Shown here: in pieces, positions 28,385-38,057 of the stretch
How the letters are laid out: each line of letters starts with the position of its first letter
Numbering within the stretch: the first letter of the stretch is position 1
Source of the DNA: a bacterium
GTDB taxonomy: Bacteria; Electryoneota; Tariuqbacteria; Tariuqbacterales; JADHWD01
NCBI GenBank assembly: GCA_016783645.1
Contig: JADHWD010000002.1
Span: 1-45,178 of the forward strand
Direction of reading: 5' to 3'
DNA length: 45,178 nucleotides
Notes under the pieces: generated by a model
Told to the model about the DNA's origin: nothing
The model's database searches: none
Seen by the model: only the letters and a program-made list of their open reading frames with translations
Made by a program: the position numbers and the translations under genes

Positions 28385-31300
28385 TTGAAAAATAGACGCA
28401 AATTAATATTAATATTGCTGTTATCCTGCGCCGGATTGGTGTATGCGAGCGGTTTCAGCGATATTGAGATTCTCAAATCGGATGAAACCGGAATCAGTAT
28501 TGTCTATAAACCCCGCATAGATGATTTCAATCCGGGATATTCCGACAGCGCGCAGACTTTAGATATAGTTAATCATTCACTGAATCCCGATTCCGGCGGC
28601 TGGATGATACCTTTCCGGCGGCATCTGATAGCTATCCCTCCCGGAGCTAAAGCGCGGTTGACCACTTCAGGTTTGAAAACCCGCCAGTATAATAATATCA
28701 AGTTATCAAAAAATGACAAATTAGAGGATGATATTGACAGCGCTCAGCGTAAATCTCCCGATATAACATCGAATTTTATAAGTATATCTGCACCCCGCAG
28801 TTTCCGCCGGTATCAGGTAGTGGAATTAATCCTTCGTCCCGCCCGCTATGAGCCTTCAAACCGAAGACTGCACCTGCTGGAGGAAATTCGGATTGATATA
28901 GTTTTCCAGGGGGGAGGCATCGGAGCTGGCAGGGAGCGGGTTCATTTACCTTTGAATGATTTTATTCTCAATCATAATCAATCGGCTGATTGGACAATCG
29001 CGGCTGAATCCCGCAGGGGAAATTTTTTACCGGAAGGCGAGAATCTGAAAATCTTGATTGACAGCGGAGGTATTTATAAGATTGGATACAATGATTTGGT
29101 TTCCGCTGGTGCAGATCCAGCGGATTATCCGCTTAGTATGATCAGGATGTTCAATAACGGCGGCCGTGAACTTCCGGCGAGCATCAGCGCGGCACGGCCT
29201 GACTCCCTTATTGAAATCGCAATTTTAGTCGAAGACATTGATTCCGATGATGTTTTCGACCCGGAAGATTTTCTGCTGTTTTACGGAAAGGGAGTCAGCG
29301 GCTGGGAATACCAAGGTAACGGTGAATTCTCACACTATATCAATCATTATACCTATGATAATGCTTACTGGCTGAATTTATCGGCGGCTGGTCCTTCGGG
29401 CAAGCGGATGGAACCTTTGGGAGCTGACGGCCAAGCTTCTTTGATGGTGACCGAGACTTTAGCGCGGGTATATCATGAAGATGATTTCGTCATCTACGCA
29501 TACAGCGGTTTCCCCAACAGCGGATTGGATTGGTACGGCGATCACTTCGGCGGGGTAACCACCCGTTTTTATCCTGAAAGCTTCGCTAATGTCGCCTCCG
29601 GATACTATAAAATCAAGCTGAATGTAAAGCGGTTATCTTCTTATAGCAGTTTCGATGTATATTTTTTGAATCAGGACACATCTGCTATAGTTGGAACTTT
29701 CGCCGGCAATTATTTTCAAATAAGCGGGGAAGGATTATCCAAAGAAGGAGTCAACTATCTCCGTTTAGATCAAACACATCCCTCCGGCAGTGTCTACTTC
29801 GATTATTACGAAATTGAATACCGGCGTGAATTGACGGCGGTTAATGGAGAACTTTATTTTGAGTCGCCTTTAGGTTCACAGGCTCCGCAATATAATTTAA
29901 GCGGACTACAATCGAACGCTTTTATATTTAAGATAACCGATTTTCAGGATGTTCAATATACCAAAGGGACGAGCTTCATCGATGATCCGCTTTCTATGAT
30001 TGAGGTGGAACGCTATATCGCTTTAGACGATGACCGCTTTAAACAGCCAAAATCCGTATATAAGTATCTGCCTCCCGCCAGCGATATTCTCGATTTGCGG
30101 GATGTGAACAACGCCGCCGATTATATAATGATAACCCACTCTGATTTTTATGATGAGTTACAGCCGCTGGTATCGATGTGGAGCGCGCAGGAAGGGATAA
30201 TAGTGAAGCGAGTGAATGTTCAGCGGGTTTTCGACCAATTCGCCTGGGGATTATACGATCCGGTCGCGATCAGGGATTTTCTGAAATACACCAAAGACCA
30301 TTGGGCGGTCATGCCCTCGTATATCGCTCTTATCGGCGACGGCGATTACGATTACCGTAATATTCTGTCATCTAATGATAAGAACTGGATTCCGCCCTAT
30401 GAAGAAGGCGGCTATTGCTACGATGATTTTTATGTATATCTCAGCGGTCCTTATCAAACCCAGAATCCGGAGATGGCTGTGGGACGTTATACTGTCACCA
30501 GTGAATCTGAAATCGAAAATGCGGTCTCAAAAGTGATTGAATATGTGGAATCACCGGAATTTGGTCCTTGGAAGATGAGTATCACCTTAGTGGCTGATGA
30601 TGAATATGAACAAGGCGGCAAAGTGACCACTTTGGAGTATTATCATACTCAGCAGAGTGAGGATTTGGCGGATTATTATATCCCCGATTTTATGCATTTG
30701 AATAAAGTGTATTTGACTGAATATCCTGTGATTCCGAGCGCCGGAGGCCGTCAAAAGCCCACCGCCGGTGATGATTTGGTCAAATATATCAACAAGGGCA
30801 GTTTGATGGTGAATTACTTCGGGCATGGACATGAATGGGTATGGGCTCATGAAGCGGTATTCTTCGCTGAACGCGATTTACCCCGAATTGACAATGACGG
30901 ACGGCTGGCTTATTTCGTAGCGATGACCTGCGATTGGGCTTACTTCGATTACCTGGAACGGCAGTCAATGCCGGAGATGCTGCTGGTGATGCCGAACGGC
31001 GGCGCCATCGCCTCCATCGGCGCCACCAGACCCACCGGTTCATCGCTAAATTTCAATCTATCTAAAAATTTCTATTCATACCTGTTTGAAGATCCTCACA
31101 ATCCTCACAGCGGCGGCGAAGCGCTGATGTGGGGAAAAATACATTATGGAAATGAAAATTCGGAGAAATACCATGTTATCGGCGACCCCTTAATCCGCCC
31201 CGCTATTCCAAGCAGCTGCGGAAATATCGTCTCCATCACTCCTGATACCTTGTATGCCCTTAATATCATCACCGTCACAGGGGAACTATTGAAAAATGGC

Positions 31301-32278
31301 GCTAAATGGACGGATTTCGACGGGACGGTCTATCTGCAAGTGTTCGATACTTCAAAGCCTATTACTTATCAGTTCGCACCCCCTACTTCTCAATCAACCG
31401 GCAGCATTGTAACGGTGAATTACGATTTATCCGGCAGCATGTTATTCCGGGGACCTTATTCCGCGGTGGGAGGTGATTTCATTTCAAATTTCATCGTCCC
31501 TATGGACATCACCTACGGCGGACTCAACGGCAGGATAAATTATTATTTCAATAACGGTTCCGAAGACGGCTGCGGTTTCATCGACAGTCTGCGGCTCGCC
31601 GCCGGTGATGTATCATTAGTAGACAGCGACACAACATCGATTGCGGTCTATTTCGGCGATAGAAGCTGGAAGCCGGGCGGTCAGGTTGCGCCTTCGCCTA
31701 TGCTAATCGCCGATTTATACGACACTTCCGGCGTCAACCTTACCGGTTTTCCCGGACATAAAATAACTTTGACCATCGATGACGATTTGCAATTCGACTT
31801 GACCGATGATTTCGACTATCTGGTGGATTCCTACCGTCAAGGGTCGGTTGAAAAGCGCTTGGATTACATCCCCCAAGGGAATCATGAGATGAAATTCCGA
31901 GTGTGGGACAGCTTCAACAATCCCCAGCAAATCACCTTCACAGCCAATGTGGCTTCATCCGAACCCTCAGATGAATGGCTGTGGGATTTATTGAATTATC
32001 CCAATCCCTTCGCAGACGAGACTATCATCACTTTCCGGCTAATTGAAGCGGCGGAAGTCAAAATGCGGATATTCACCGTGGGCGGCAGATGCATAGACGA
32101 AATCGGACCCTATTATGAAGAAGATGAAGGGTATATCTATAACGAACAACGCTATACCTGGGACGGCAGGGACAGGATGGGCGATAAAGTCGCTAATGGA
32201 GTATATCTTTATAAGGTATCCGCCGATTTTTCCGGAAAAACTATTTCCAAAATCGGACGGATAGTTGTAATGAGATGA
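28385..32278 (+). CDS. porU: PorU-like type IX secretion sortase (peptidase C25) with C-terminal Ig-like domain
   Basis: Signal peptide, AIRDFLKY, LIGDGDYD, NYFGHG and MTCD catalytic-type motifs, NYPNPF...GVYLYKV; directly upstream of porV. Confidence 0.85.
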   Translation: MKNRRKLILILLLSCAGLVYASGFSDIEILKSDETGISIVYKPRIDDFNPGYSDSAQTLDIVNHSLNPDSGGWMIPFRRHLIAIPPGAKARLTTSGLKTRQYNNIKLSKNDKLEDDIDSAQRKSPDITSNFISISAPRSFRRYQVVELILRPARYEPSNRRLHLLEEIRIDIVFQGGGIGAGRERVHLPLNDFILNHNQSADWTIAAESRRGNFLPEGENLKILIDSGGIYKIGYNDLVSAGADPADYPLSMIRMFNNGGRELPASISAARPDSLIEIAILVEDIDSDDVFDPEDFLLFYGKGVSGWEYQGNGEFSHYINHYTYDNAYWLNLSAAGPSGKRMEPLGADGQASLMVTETLARVYHEDDFVIYAYSGFPNSGLDWYGDHFGGVTTRFYPESFANVASGYYKIKLNVKRLSSYSSFDVYFLNQDTSAIVGTFAGNYFQISGEGLSKEGVNYLRLDQTHPSGSVYFDYYEIEYRRELTAVNGELYFESPLGSQAPQYNLSGLQSNAFIFKITDFQDVQYTKGTSFIDDPLSMIEVERYIALDDDRFKQPKSVYKYLPPASDILDLRDVNNAADYIMITHSDFYDELQPLVSMWSAQEGIIVKRVNVQRVFDQFAWGLYDPVAIRDFLKYTKDHWAVMPSYIALIGDGDYDYRNILSSNDKNWIPPYEEGGYCYDDFYVYLSGPYQTQNPEMAVGRYTVTSESEIENAVSKVIEYVESPEFGPWKMSITLVADDEYEQGGKVTTLEYYHTQQSEDLADYYIPDFMHLNKVYLTEYPVIPSAGGRQKPTAGDDLVKYINKGSLMVNYFGHGHEWVWAHEAVFFAERDLPRIDNDGRLAYFVAMTCDWAYFDYLERQSMPEMLLVMPNGGAIASIGATRPTGSSLNFNLSKNFYSYLFEDPHNPHSGGEALMWGKIHYGNENSEKYHVIGDPLIRPAIPSSCGNIVSITPDTLYALNIITVTGELLKNGAKWTDFDGTVYLQVFDTSKPITYQFAPPTSQSTGSIVTVNYDLSGSMLFRGPYSAVGGDFISNFIVPMDITYGGLNGRINYYFNNGSEDGCGFIDSLRLAAGDVSLVDSDTTSIAVYFGDRSWKPGGQVAPSPMLIADLYDTSGVNLTGFPGHKITLTIDDDLQFDLTDDFDYLVDSYRQGSVEKRLDYIPQGNHEMKFRVWDSFNNPQQITFTANVASSEPSDEWLWDLLNYPNPFADETIITFRLIEAAEVKMRIFTVGGRCIDEIGPYYEEDEGYIYNEQRYTWDGRDRMGDKVANGVYLYKVSADFSGKTISKIGRIVVMR

Positions 32279-32326
32279 AAAAATTGTTATATTAAATGTT
32301 TATATCTCTTCAGATAAAGAAAAATG

Positions 32327-32479
32327 ATAACACTTTAGCTTTCTGAAGTAAACACAAAAATCGTGGCGTCAGGTGTCCTCACCTGACGCAATAAATAAGT
32401 AAGAAGATTATAGGAAATACTGTCAAGTGGGGACACTTGACAGCACATCTCGATTAACTTCATAGATCTAAAGTGTTAC
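32327..32479. mobile_element. 153-bp MITE with ~25-bp imperfect TIRs and an 8-bp TSD
   Basis: TAACACTTTAG...GAAGT / ACTTC...CTAAAGTGTTAC; GAAAAATG at 32319-32326 and 32480-32487. A GTAA end with an 8-bp TSD resembles IS66-family elements. Confidence 0.75.
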
Positions 32480-32539
32480 GAAAAATGATGAGCGATACAT
32501 GGAAATACCGGGATTGAGACAATCCCGGCTCCACATTTA

Positions 32540-32579
32540 CTACTTAACTACTTAACTACTTAACCACTTAACCACTTAA
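32540..32579 (-). repeat. Octamer array (C(T/C)ACTTAA) x5
   Basis: Direct count; reverse complement of the 36974-37053 unit. Confidence 0.9.
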
Positions 32580-32621
32580 CTAATGGATAATTCGCATCTA
32601 CAGATACTTAGAGGTATAGTG

Positions 32622-33686
32622 ATGAAGCGTTATTTTATTCTATTATTGGCAATTACCTTATTTTTACCGCCTTTGAATTCCTACGCCGGCAGTGTATCTC
32701 AGGCGGGACTACTGTTTTTGAAGATCTCCCCCGGCGCGCGTCCGTCAGGTATGGGTGAAGCTTTTGTGGCTTTAGCCGATGACGCCACTGCCACCTGGTG
32801 GAATCCGGCGGGGCTGGCGTTCGTTCCTTTCAATGAATTGACGCTGATGCATACCAACTGGCTGCCTCAGTTCAAATTCAGCGATCTATATTACGATTTC
32901 GTCAGCTACACGCATTATGCTGAGGACTGGGGAACTTTCGGCGGTAATATTATCTTCCTGAATTATGGCGAAATTCAAAGGACGAACGAAATAGGGCAGG
33001 ATTTGGGCTCTTTCAATGCCTTTGAAGTCGCCTTCAGTGGAGCTTACGGGTCGCAGGTCACTCCTAATCTGGGATTGGGAGTATCCATGAAGTTCGTCTA
33101 TAGTATGCTGAGTCCCTACGGCGCAGGCACGGAAAAAGGAAGCGGCAAGGCGTCGGTAGTGGCGGTGGATATAGGGACTTTATATAAAACCACCTTCCTG
33201 CCCGGACTGCAGCTCGGCGCCAACTTATCTAACATGGGGCCTAAAGTCGCTTATATCGACCGGGCTCAAGCCGACCCTCTTCCCACTAATTTAAAGTTCG
33301 GACTGGCTTATAAAGTGTTAGAGCAGGAATATAACCGCTTCACTGTGACCTTCGATGTCGATAAAGAATTAGTCACTCGTAAGGCTAATGGAGAATCAGA
33401 TCCGTTCTATATCGCCTTGTTCACCTCTTGGTATAATGACGGCGGATTCATGTCCGCCGATGAATTAGAGGAATTCATCTGGCATATGGGCGCTGAATAT
33501 TGGTACGGCGATATGGTGGGTCTGCGGGCAGGTTATTGGAACGACTCTTTAGGCAAAGTCAAACCTATGACCTTTGGACTCAGCGTCAAATATTCCGCTT
33601 ACCGCTTCGATTTCGGATATATGACCGCGGGGGAAAATCATCCCGTCACCGATACCATGAGATTCTCATTGACTTTCGGGTTGTAG
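32622..33686 (+). CDS. porV: PorV/PorQ family outer membrane beta-barrel (start at ATG 32622)
   Basis: FLKISPGARPSGMGEA, ATWWNPAGLA, LSNMGPK, DPLPTNLK and C-terminal RFSLTF. Confidence 0.85.
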   Translation: MKRYFILLLAITLFLPPLNSYAGSVSQAGLLFLKISPGARPSGMGEAFVALADDATATWWNPAGLAFVPFNELTLMHTNWLPQFKFSDLYYDFVSYTHYAEDWGTFGGNIIFLNYGEIQRTNEIGQDLGSFNAFEVAFSGAYGSQVTPNLGLGVSMKFVYSMLSPYGAGTEKGSGKASVVAVDIGTLYKTTFLPGLQLGANLSNMGPKVAYIDRAQADPLPTNLKFGLAYKVLEQEYNRFTVTFDVDKELVTRKANGESDPFYIALFTSWYNDGGFMSADELEEFIWHMGAEYWYGDMVGLRAGYWNDSLGKVKPMTFGLSVKYSAYRFDFGYMTAGENHPVTDTMRFSLTFGL

Positions 33687-33723
33687 TTTGGAACACTCAA
33701 AAGATAACAGATCAGATTACTTC

Positions 33724-36700
33724 ATGTCAAGAGCCTTTATGCTCTTGACCGCGGTTATCACTCTGATATTACTCAGCGGGTCAGCGTCGGCAGACCGCAG
33801 TGTAAAGACTAACCTTCCTAAGAATAACACTATCAATTCCCTTCAACAGACGGATGTGATTAAGATCTTGGCTGTGCGGGTGGAATTTCAGATTGATTCT
33901 CTTGAGACCACTTCGGGGAACGGCAAGTTCAACACCGCTTGTGATGGTGATACCGCTTATGTCGATCCCGGCGACACCGCCAGTTATGATATCGATCCTA
34001 TCCCCCATGACCGGGACTATTTTCAAAGGCAGCTGCGGTTCTTAAAAAATTACTACGAAGATATATCCAACGGCAGTCTGACCATCGATATTTCCGATTC
34101 CACTTATCCCCGGGACAGCGATTCAGCCTACACGCTGGATTATCCCATGTGGCATTATAATTATAATAACGATGACCCGCTGGTATTCAATAGTAATTAC
34201 ACGGTTCTAGACTCTAATTTAGCCCTACTGTTCCGTGACGCCTGGCTCAAAGCTTCCGAGGATGAAGATATCGACTTCAGCCAATTTGATCCTGAATACG
34301 ACTGCTTCATCATCTTCCACGCCGGTGTGGGGCAGGATTTCGCCTTCGATTACGACCCTACTCCCTTCGATATTCCCTCGGCTTACATGGAATCTGAAGA
34401 TATAACCGAACCTTTGGGAATGAATCCCGGCGGAGTTTTGGTGGATACCGCTAACGGTTATTATATCAAGCAGGGGATGATTCTGCCGGAAGCGGAAACG
34501 CAGGTTGGCTATAACCTGGGGATGCACGGCCATTTGGCGATATTGATGGGCCATCATATCGGACTGCCGAATCTTTACAACAGCGAGACCGGGGAATCGG
34601 TTATCGGATGGTTCGGCTTGATGGATCAGGGCTCCGGCAAATTGGACGGATTAGTCCCCGCTCCGCCCTGCGCCTGGTCGAAAGTATTCATGGGATGGAC
34701 CCAGCCAGTATTAATCGATAGTTTTCCGAATAATATCACCGCTCCGGTGGGAACAATATTTAAAATCCCGATTAATTCCAGCGAATATTTCCTGATTGAG
34801 AATATCGATTCCTATGTCTATTGGGGCGAAGATGACGGGGTGATGGTGGGTGTCAGTTATGACAGTATGAGGTACGCTTACTACGATTCCACCGGGGAAT
34901 ACGCCGATGCGTATTTCATGCTTACCGATACATCATTTGTCAGAAAGTATCAGACAGTGGATTTCGATAACGGCGTCTTGGTGGATATGGAGAATTGGGG
35001 GATAGGCCGTCCCGGCAGCGGTATTTTAATTTGGCATATAGATGAAGAAGTGATACAGAATAACATTTCCAGCAACCGAATTAATACGGATAAAGACCGG
35101 CTGGGAGTTTATATAGAAGAAGCTGACGGCGCGGTGGATATCGGTAAAGATTACTGGCTGTTCGATGCCGGTTACGGCAGCGAATTAGGCAGTCCCTACG
35201 ACGCATTTTTCGATAAAAACGAAGCCTGGGAAAAAGCCAACGCTGACCGGGTTGATGTGATTTTCGATGACGAGACTCATCCTGACGCCAAGAGCAATTC
35301 CGGCGCTTATTCGCATTTAGTTCTGAAAGATTTTTCAGTGATTTCGGACACTATGAGTTTCGTGGTGACCAATGATTTGCTGATGCCCGGTTTCCCCAAA
35401 GATTTAGACCTGCCGGTTTTCCTGTTCAGCGCCGATGTTGACGGAGATGACTGTGATGAACTATTCGCCGCCGAATTCTATACTCTGCACGGATGGGAAC
35501 AGGACGGAAGCGTTATCCCGGTCCAATCCGGCGCGGGATATCAACCCTATTTCTATGAATTCAACACAAAGATTGTCTCTAAACCCGCAGTGTACGATTT
35601 CAATGATGACGGATGTGATGAAATAATTTTACAGATAATGCCTTTTGCATACAATTCCCGATTATATAAACTATCATATTCCCCCATCGAGCATACTGTA
35701 TCTATTGATTCGGTTTTGATAGGCGAGCAGGGAAATCCGGTCTACAGCGATTTTATTCTGACTGACGGCGAATTAATCTACATCGGCTTATTGAATAATA
35801 TCTACGCTTATCAAGCCGATGATCTTTCAGCCGGTTCAGTATGGGACTGCGAGATAGAAGAACCTGCGAAACACGCATTCTTGACTCCTCCCGGAATATT
35901 GACCGATGACGGGGCGTTGATTGTGGTGGATCAATCCGCTGTATTTCACGCTATCGATAAAACCGGTCAATTATTATGGTCATACCATCCCTATGCTTAC
36001 TTCGGCATAACCGGATGGCCTAATGAAATGCCCTATCCCCCCGCATTAGGCGATATTGACCATGATGGTCATATGGAAATGGTATTCGTCTGCGGCTACT
36101 CCAGCCAGAATATTTTAATAATAGTCGATGTCGAAGGGATGAATCTGGTGTCTAGTTACACCGAATACTGTGATGCGATTTTACCATCAGACGCTACAGG
36201 CCCTCCCTCGCTGGCGGATATAGACGATGATGATTATATGGAGATAATCATCCCTACTATCGAAGACGGAATATTGGTCTATGAGCACAATGGTGTGATT
36301 AACGACTATGCGCCCTATCCCTTAGATGGGACTCCCGCAGACGCTCATAGTGTGGTGTGCGGTAAAACTAATAATGCGGTGAACCTTTTTTACACTGGGA
36401 TTCAGCCGGAATATGACAACACCTTCATTTTCGCCTGCGATGAATACGGCGATAAACTTACCGGTTATCCCATCTCGGTGGAATTCGCTGAAATGGATTT
36501 GATCCAAAGTCCACTGTTGTATCATTTAGGGGGCGTTTCAACCGCATTGGCTTTCGCCGCCGGGAACAGAGTTTATTCCTGGAAAACCGATGTGAAAACT
36601 ATATTATGGGGTTCGATATTTGGAGATAAGCGCAACTCCTGCGCTATTGACACAATTTATACTGAATCTCCGCCGGATATTCCCGGCGGATTGATGCCGG

Positions 36701-36981
36701 ATGATTTAGTCTACGCTTGGCCCAATCCCAATAAGCCCGGCGAAAATTCAGTCAACATCCGCTATTATCTCAATGATTATGCTGAAATGCGCTTCAGAAT
36801 ATATGATATGGCGGGGGATAAGGTGGACGAATTGAAGAAATTGAACAATACAGCTCCAGCATATAACGAGATTGTGTGGGATTTGACCAGCATCTCCAGC
36901 GGAATATATTTCGCCAGGGTGGAAGCAAAGGGGAGCGGTGAAAAGGCGGTGAAGATAATTAAAATTGCGGTGATTAAGTAG
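33724..36981 (+). CDS. Secreted M6 (immune inhibitor A)-like protein with FG-GAP repeats and a T9SS-type CTD; zinc motif degenerate
   Basis: IIFHAGVG, GLPNLY, FGLMDQG, AWSKVFMGW, EYFLIEN, GILIWHIDE, DVDGDD repeats, AWPNP...GIYFARV...KIAVIK. Confidence 0.75.
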   Translation: MSRAFMLLTAVITLILLSGSASADRSVKTNLPKNNTINSLQQTDVIKILAVRVEFQIDSLETTSGNGKFNTACDGDTAYVDPGDTASYDIDPIPHDRDYFQRQLRFLKNYYEDISNGSLTIDISDSTYPRDSDSAYTLDYPMWHYNYNNDDPLVFNSNYTVLDSNLALLFRDAWLKASEDEDIDFSQFDPEYDCFIIFHAGVGQDFAFDYDPTPFDIPSAYMESEDITEPLGMNPGGVLVDTANGYYIKQGMILPEAETQVGYNLGMHGHLAILMGHHIGLPNLYNSETGESVIGWFGLMDQGSGKLDGLVPAPPCAWSKVFMGWTQPVLIDSFPNNITAPVGTIFKIPINSSEYFLIENIDSYVYWGEDDGVMVGVSYDSMRYAYYDSTGEYADAYFMLTDTSFVRKYQTVDFDNGVLVDMENWGIGRPGSGILIWHIDEEVIQNNISSNRINTDKDRLGVYIEEADGAVDIGKDYWLFDAGYGSELGSPYDAFFDKNEAWEKANADRVDVIFDDETHPDAKSNSGAYSHLVLKDFSVISDTMSFVVTNDLLMPGFPKDLDLPVFLFSADVDGDDCDELFAAEFYTLHGWEQDGSVIPVQSGAGYQPYFYEFNTKIVSKPAVYDFNDDGCDEIILQIMPFAYNSRLYKLSYSPIEHTVSIDSVLIGEQGNPVYSDFILTDGELIYIGLLNNIYAYQADDLSAGSVWDCEIEEPAKHAFLTPPGILTDDGALIVVDQSAVFHAIDKTGQLLWSYHPYAYFGITGWPNEMPYPPALGDIDHDGHMEMVFVCGYSSQNILIIVDVEGMNLVSSYTEYCDAILPSDATGPPSLADIDDDDYMEIIIPTIEDGILVYEHNGVINDYAPYPLDGTPADAHSVVCGKTNNAVNLFYTGIQPEYDNTFIFACDEYGDKLTGYPISVEFAEMDLIQSPLLYHLGGVSTALAFAAGNRVYSWKTDVKTILWGSIFGDKRNSCAIDTIYTESPPDIPGGLMPDDLVYAWPNPNKPGENSVNIRYYLNDYAEMRFRIYDMAGDKVDELKKLNNTAPAYNEIVWDLTSISSGIYFARVEAKGSGEKAVKIIKIAVIK

Positions 36982-37053
36982 TTAAGTAGTTAAGTGGTTA
37001 AGTAGTTAAGTGGTTAAGTGGTTAAGTAGTTAAGTGGTTAAGTGGTTAAGTAG
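36974..37053 (+). repeat. Octamer array TTAAGT(A/G)G x10
   Basis: Direct count; the first unit supplies the TAG stop of the upstream gene. Confidence 0.95.
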
Positions 37054-37163
37054 TGAAAAGGCAGCCCGGTTTCTCCGAAACCGGATGAACAAAATTACAT
37101 GATAGGTTTTTCGTTAAATTCGTTAAATTCGTTGTGAATTTTTACAGTCAATTTGGGGACGAA

Positions 37164-37580
37164 ATGGGACATGTTAGAGTAAAATTAAAAATTGTGAACC
37201 GGGGAGATCAATATCTCGCTGATGCGGGTATTATCTCACCTGAGAAAGTCAGATATATAGAGACCGAAGGCTTGGTCGATTCCTGCGCCACAAATCTGTG
37301 TCTGCCGATTTCGATTATTGAAAAACTTGGATTGAAAAAAGCGGGTGAACAGGAAATTAGGACAGCTAACGGAATAGTTTTGCGGCGGCTGTATCAAGAC
37401 GCCTGGATCACTATTTTTGATCGATTTTGCACTCAACTTGTTGTGGAATTACCGGATGATTGCCCGCCGTTAATCGGTGTAACTATACTGGAATCGCTTG
37501 ATTTAGTTATCAATCCTATCAAAGAAACATTGGAATATAATCCTGAACATGGCGATAAATGGACTACTTACGCCTATTGA
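37164..37580 (+). CDS. Clan AA (retropepsin-like) aspartic protease, copy 1, with variant DSC motif
   Basis: MGHV...GLVDSCATNLCLP...RTANG...PLIGVTILESLDLVINP. Confidence 0.85.
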   Translation: MGHVRVKLKIVNRGDQYLADAGIISPEKVRYIETEGLVDSCATNLCLPISIIEKLGLKKAGEQEIRTANGIVLRRLYQDAWITIFDRFCTQLVVELPDDCPPLIGVTILESLDLVINPIKETLEYNPEHGDKWTTYAY

Positions 37581-37596
37581 ATTACATGAGAACAAG

Positions 37597-38046
37597 ATGG
37601 GACATGTGAAAGCCAAAATCAATATTATCAACACCTATGATCAGATATGTGCTGAAAAAGGCTTAATAACATCTGATAAAATCAGACAAATCGAAATTGA
37701 AGGATTAGTGGATACCGGCGCGACAAATATCTGTCTGCCTATTTCTGTTATAGAACAATTAGGATTAAGGAAAGCAGGAGAAAAGGAAATCAGGACCGCA
37801 AATGGCAAAGTCATTAGGCGGTTATTTCAAGACGCTTGGATTACTATTTTAAACCGTTTTTGCACTCAGCTCGTTGTCGAACTGCCGGATGATTGTCCTC
37901 CGTTAATCGGTGTTACTATTTTAGAAGAACTTGATTTAGTCCCCAATCCCGCTAAGGAAACACTGGAATACAATCCGGAACACGGCGATAAATGGACGGG
38001 GTACGCCTATACAGGATACGATCCTTCTTCTCTTATTATGACCTGA
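37597..38046 (+). CDS. Clan AA (retropepsin-like) aspartic protease, copy 2
   Basis: GLVDTGATNICLP; clearly paralogous to copy 1. Confidence 0.88.
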   Translation: MGHVKAKINIINTYDQICAEKGLITSDKIRQIEIEGLVDTGATNICLPISVIEQLGLRKAGEKEIRTANGKVIRRLFQDAWITILNRFCTQLVVELPDDCPPLIGVTILEELDLVPNPAKETLEYNPEHGDKWTGYAYTGYDPSSLIMT

Positions 38047-38057
38047 AAACAAGCATC

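Noticed and set aside
36974-37053. Replication iterons or telomere-like repeat
   Set aside because: No rep, dnaA or protelomerase gene nearby, and the array recurs at ordinary gene boundaries.
37164-38046. Diversity-generating retroelement template/variable repeat pair
   Set aside because: Both copies are full ORFs with mostly synonymous differences that are not adenine-specific, and no reverse transcriptase is present.
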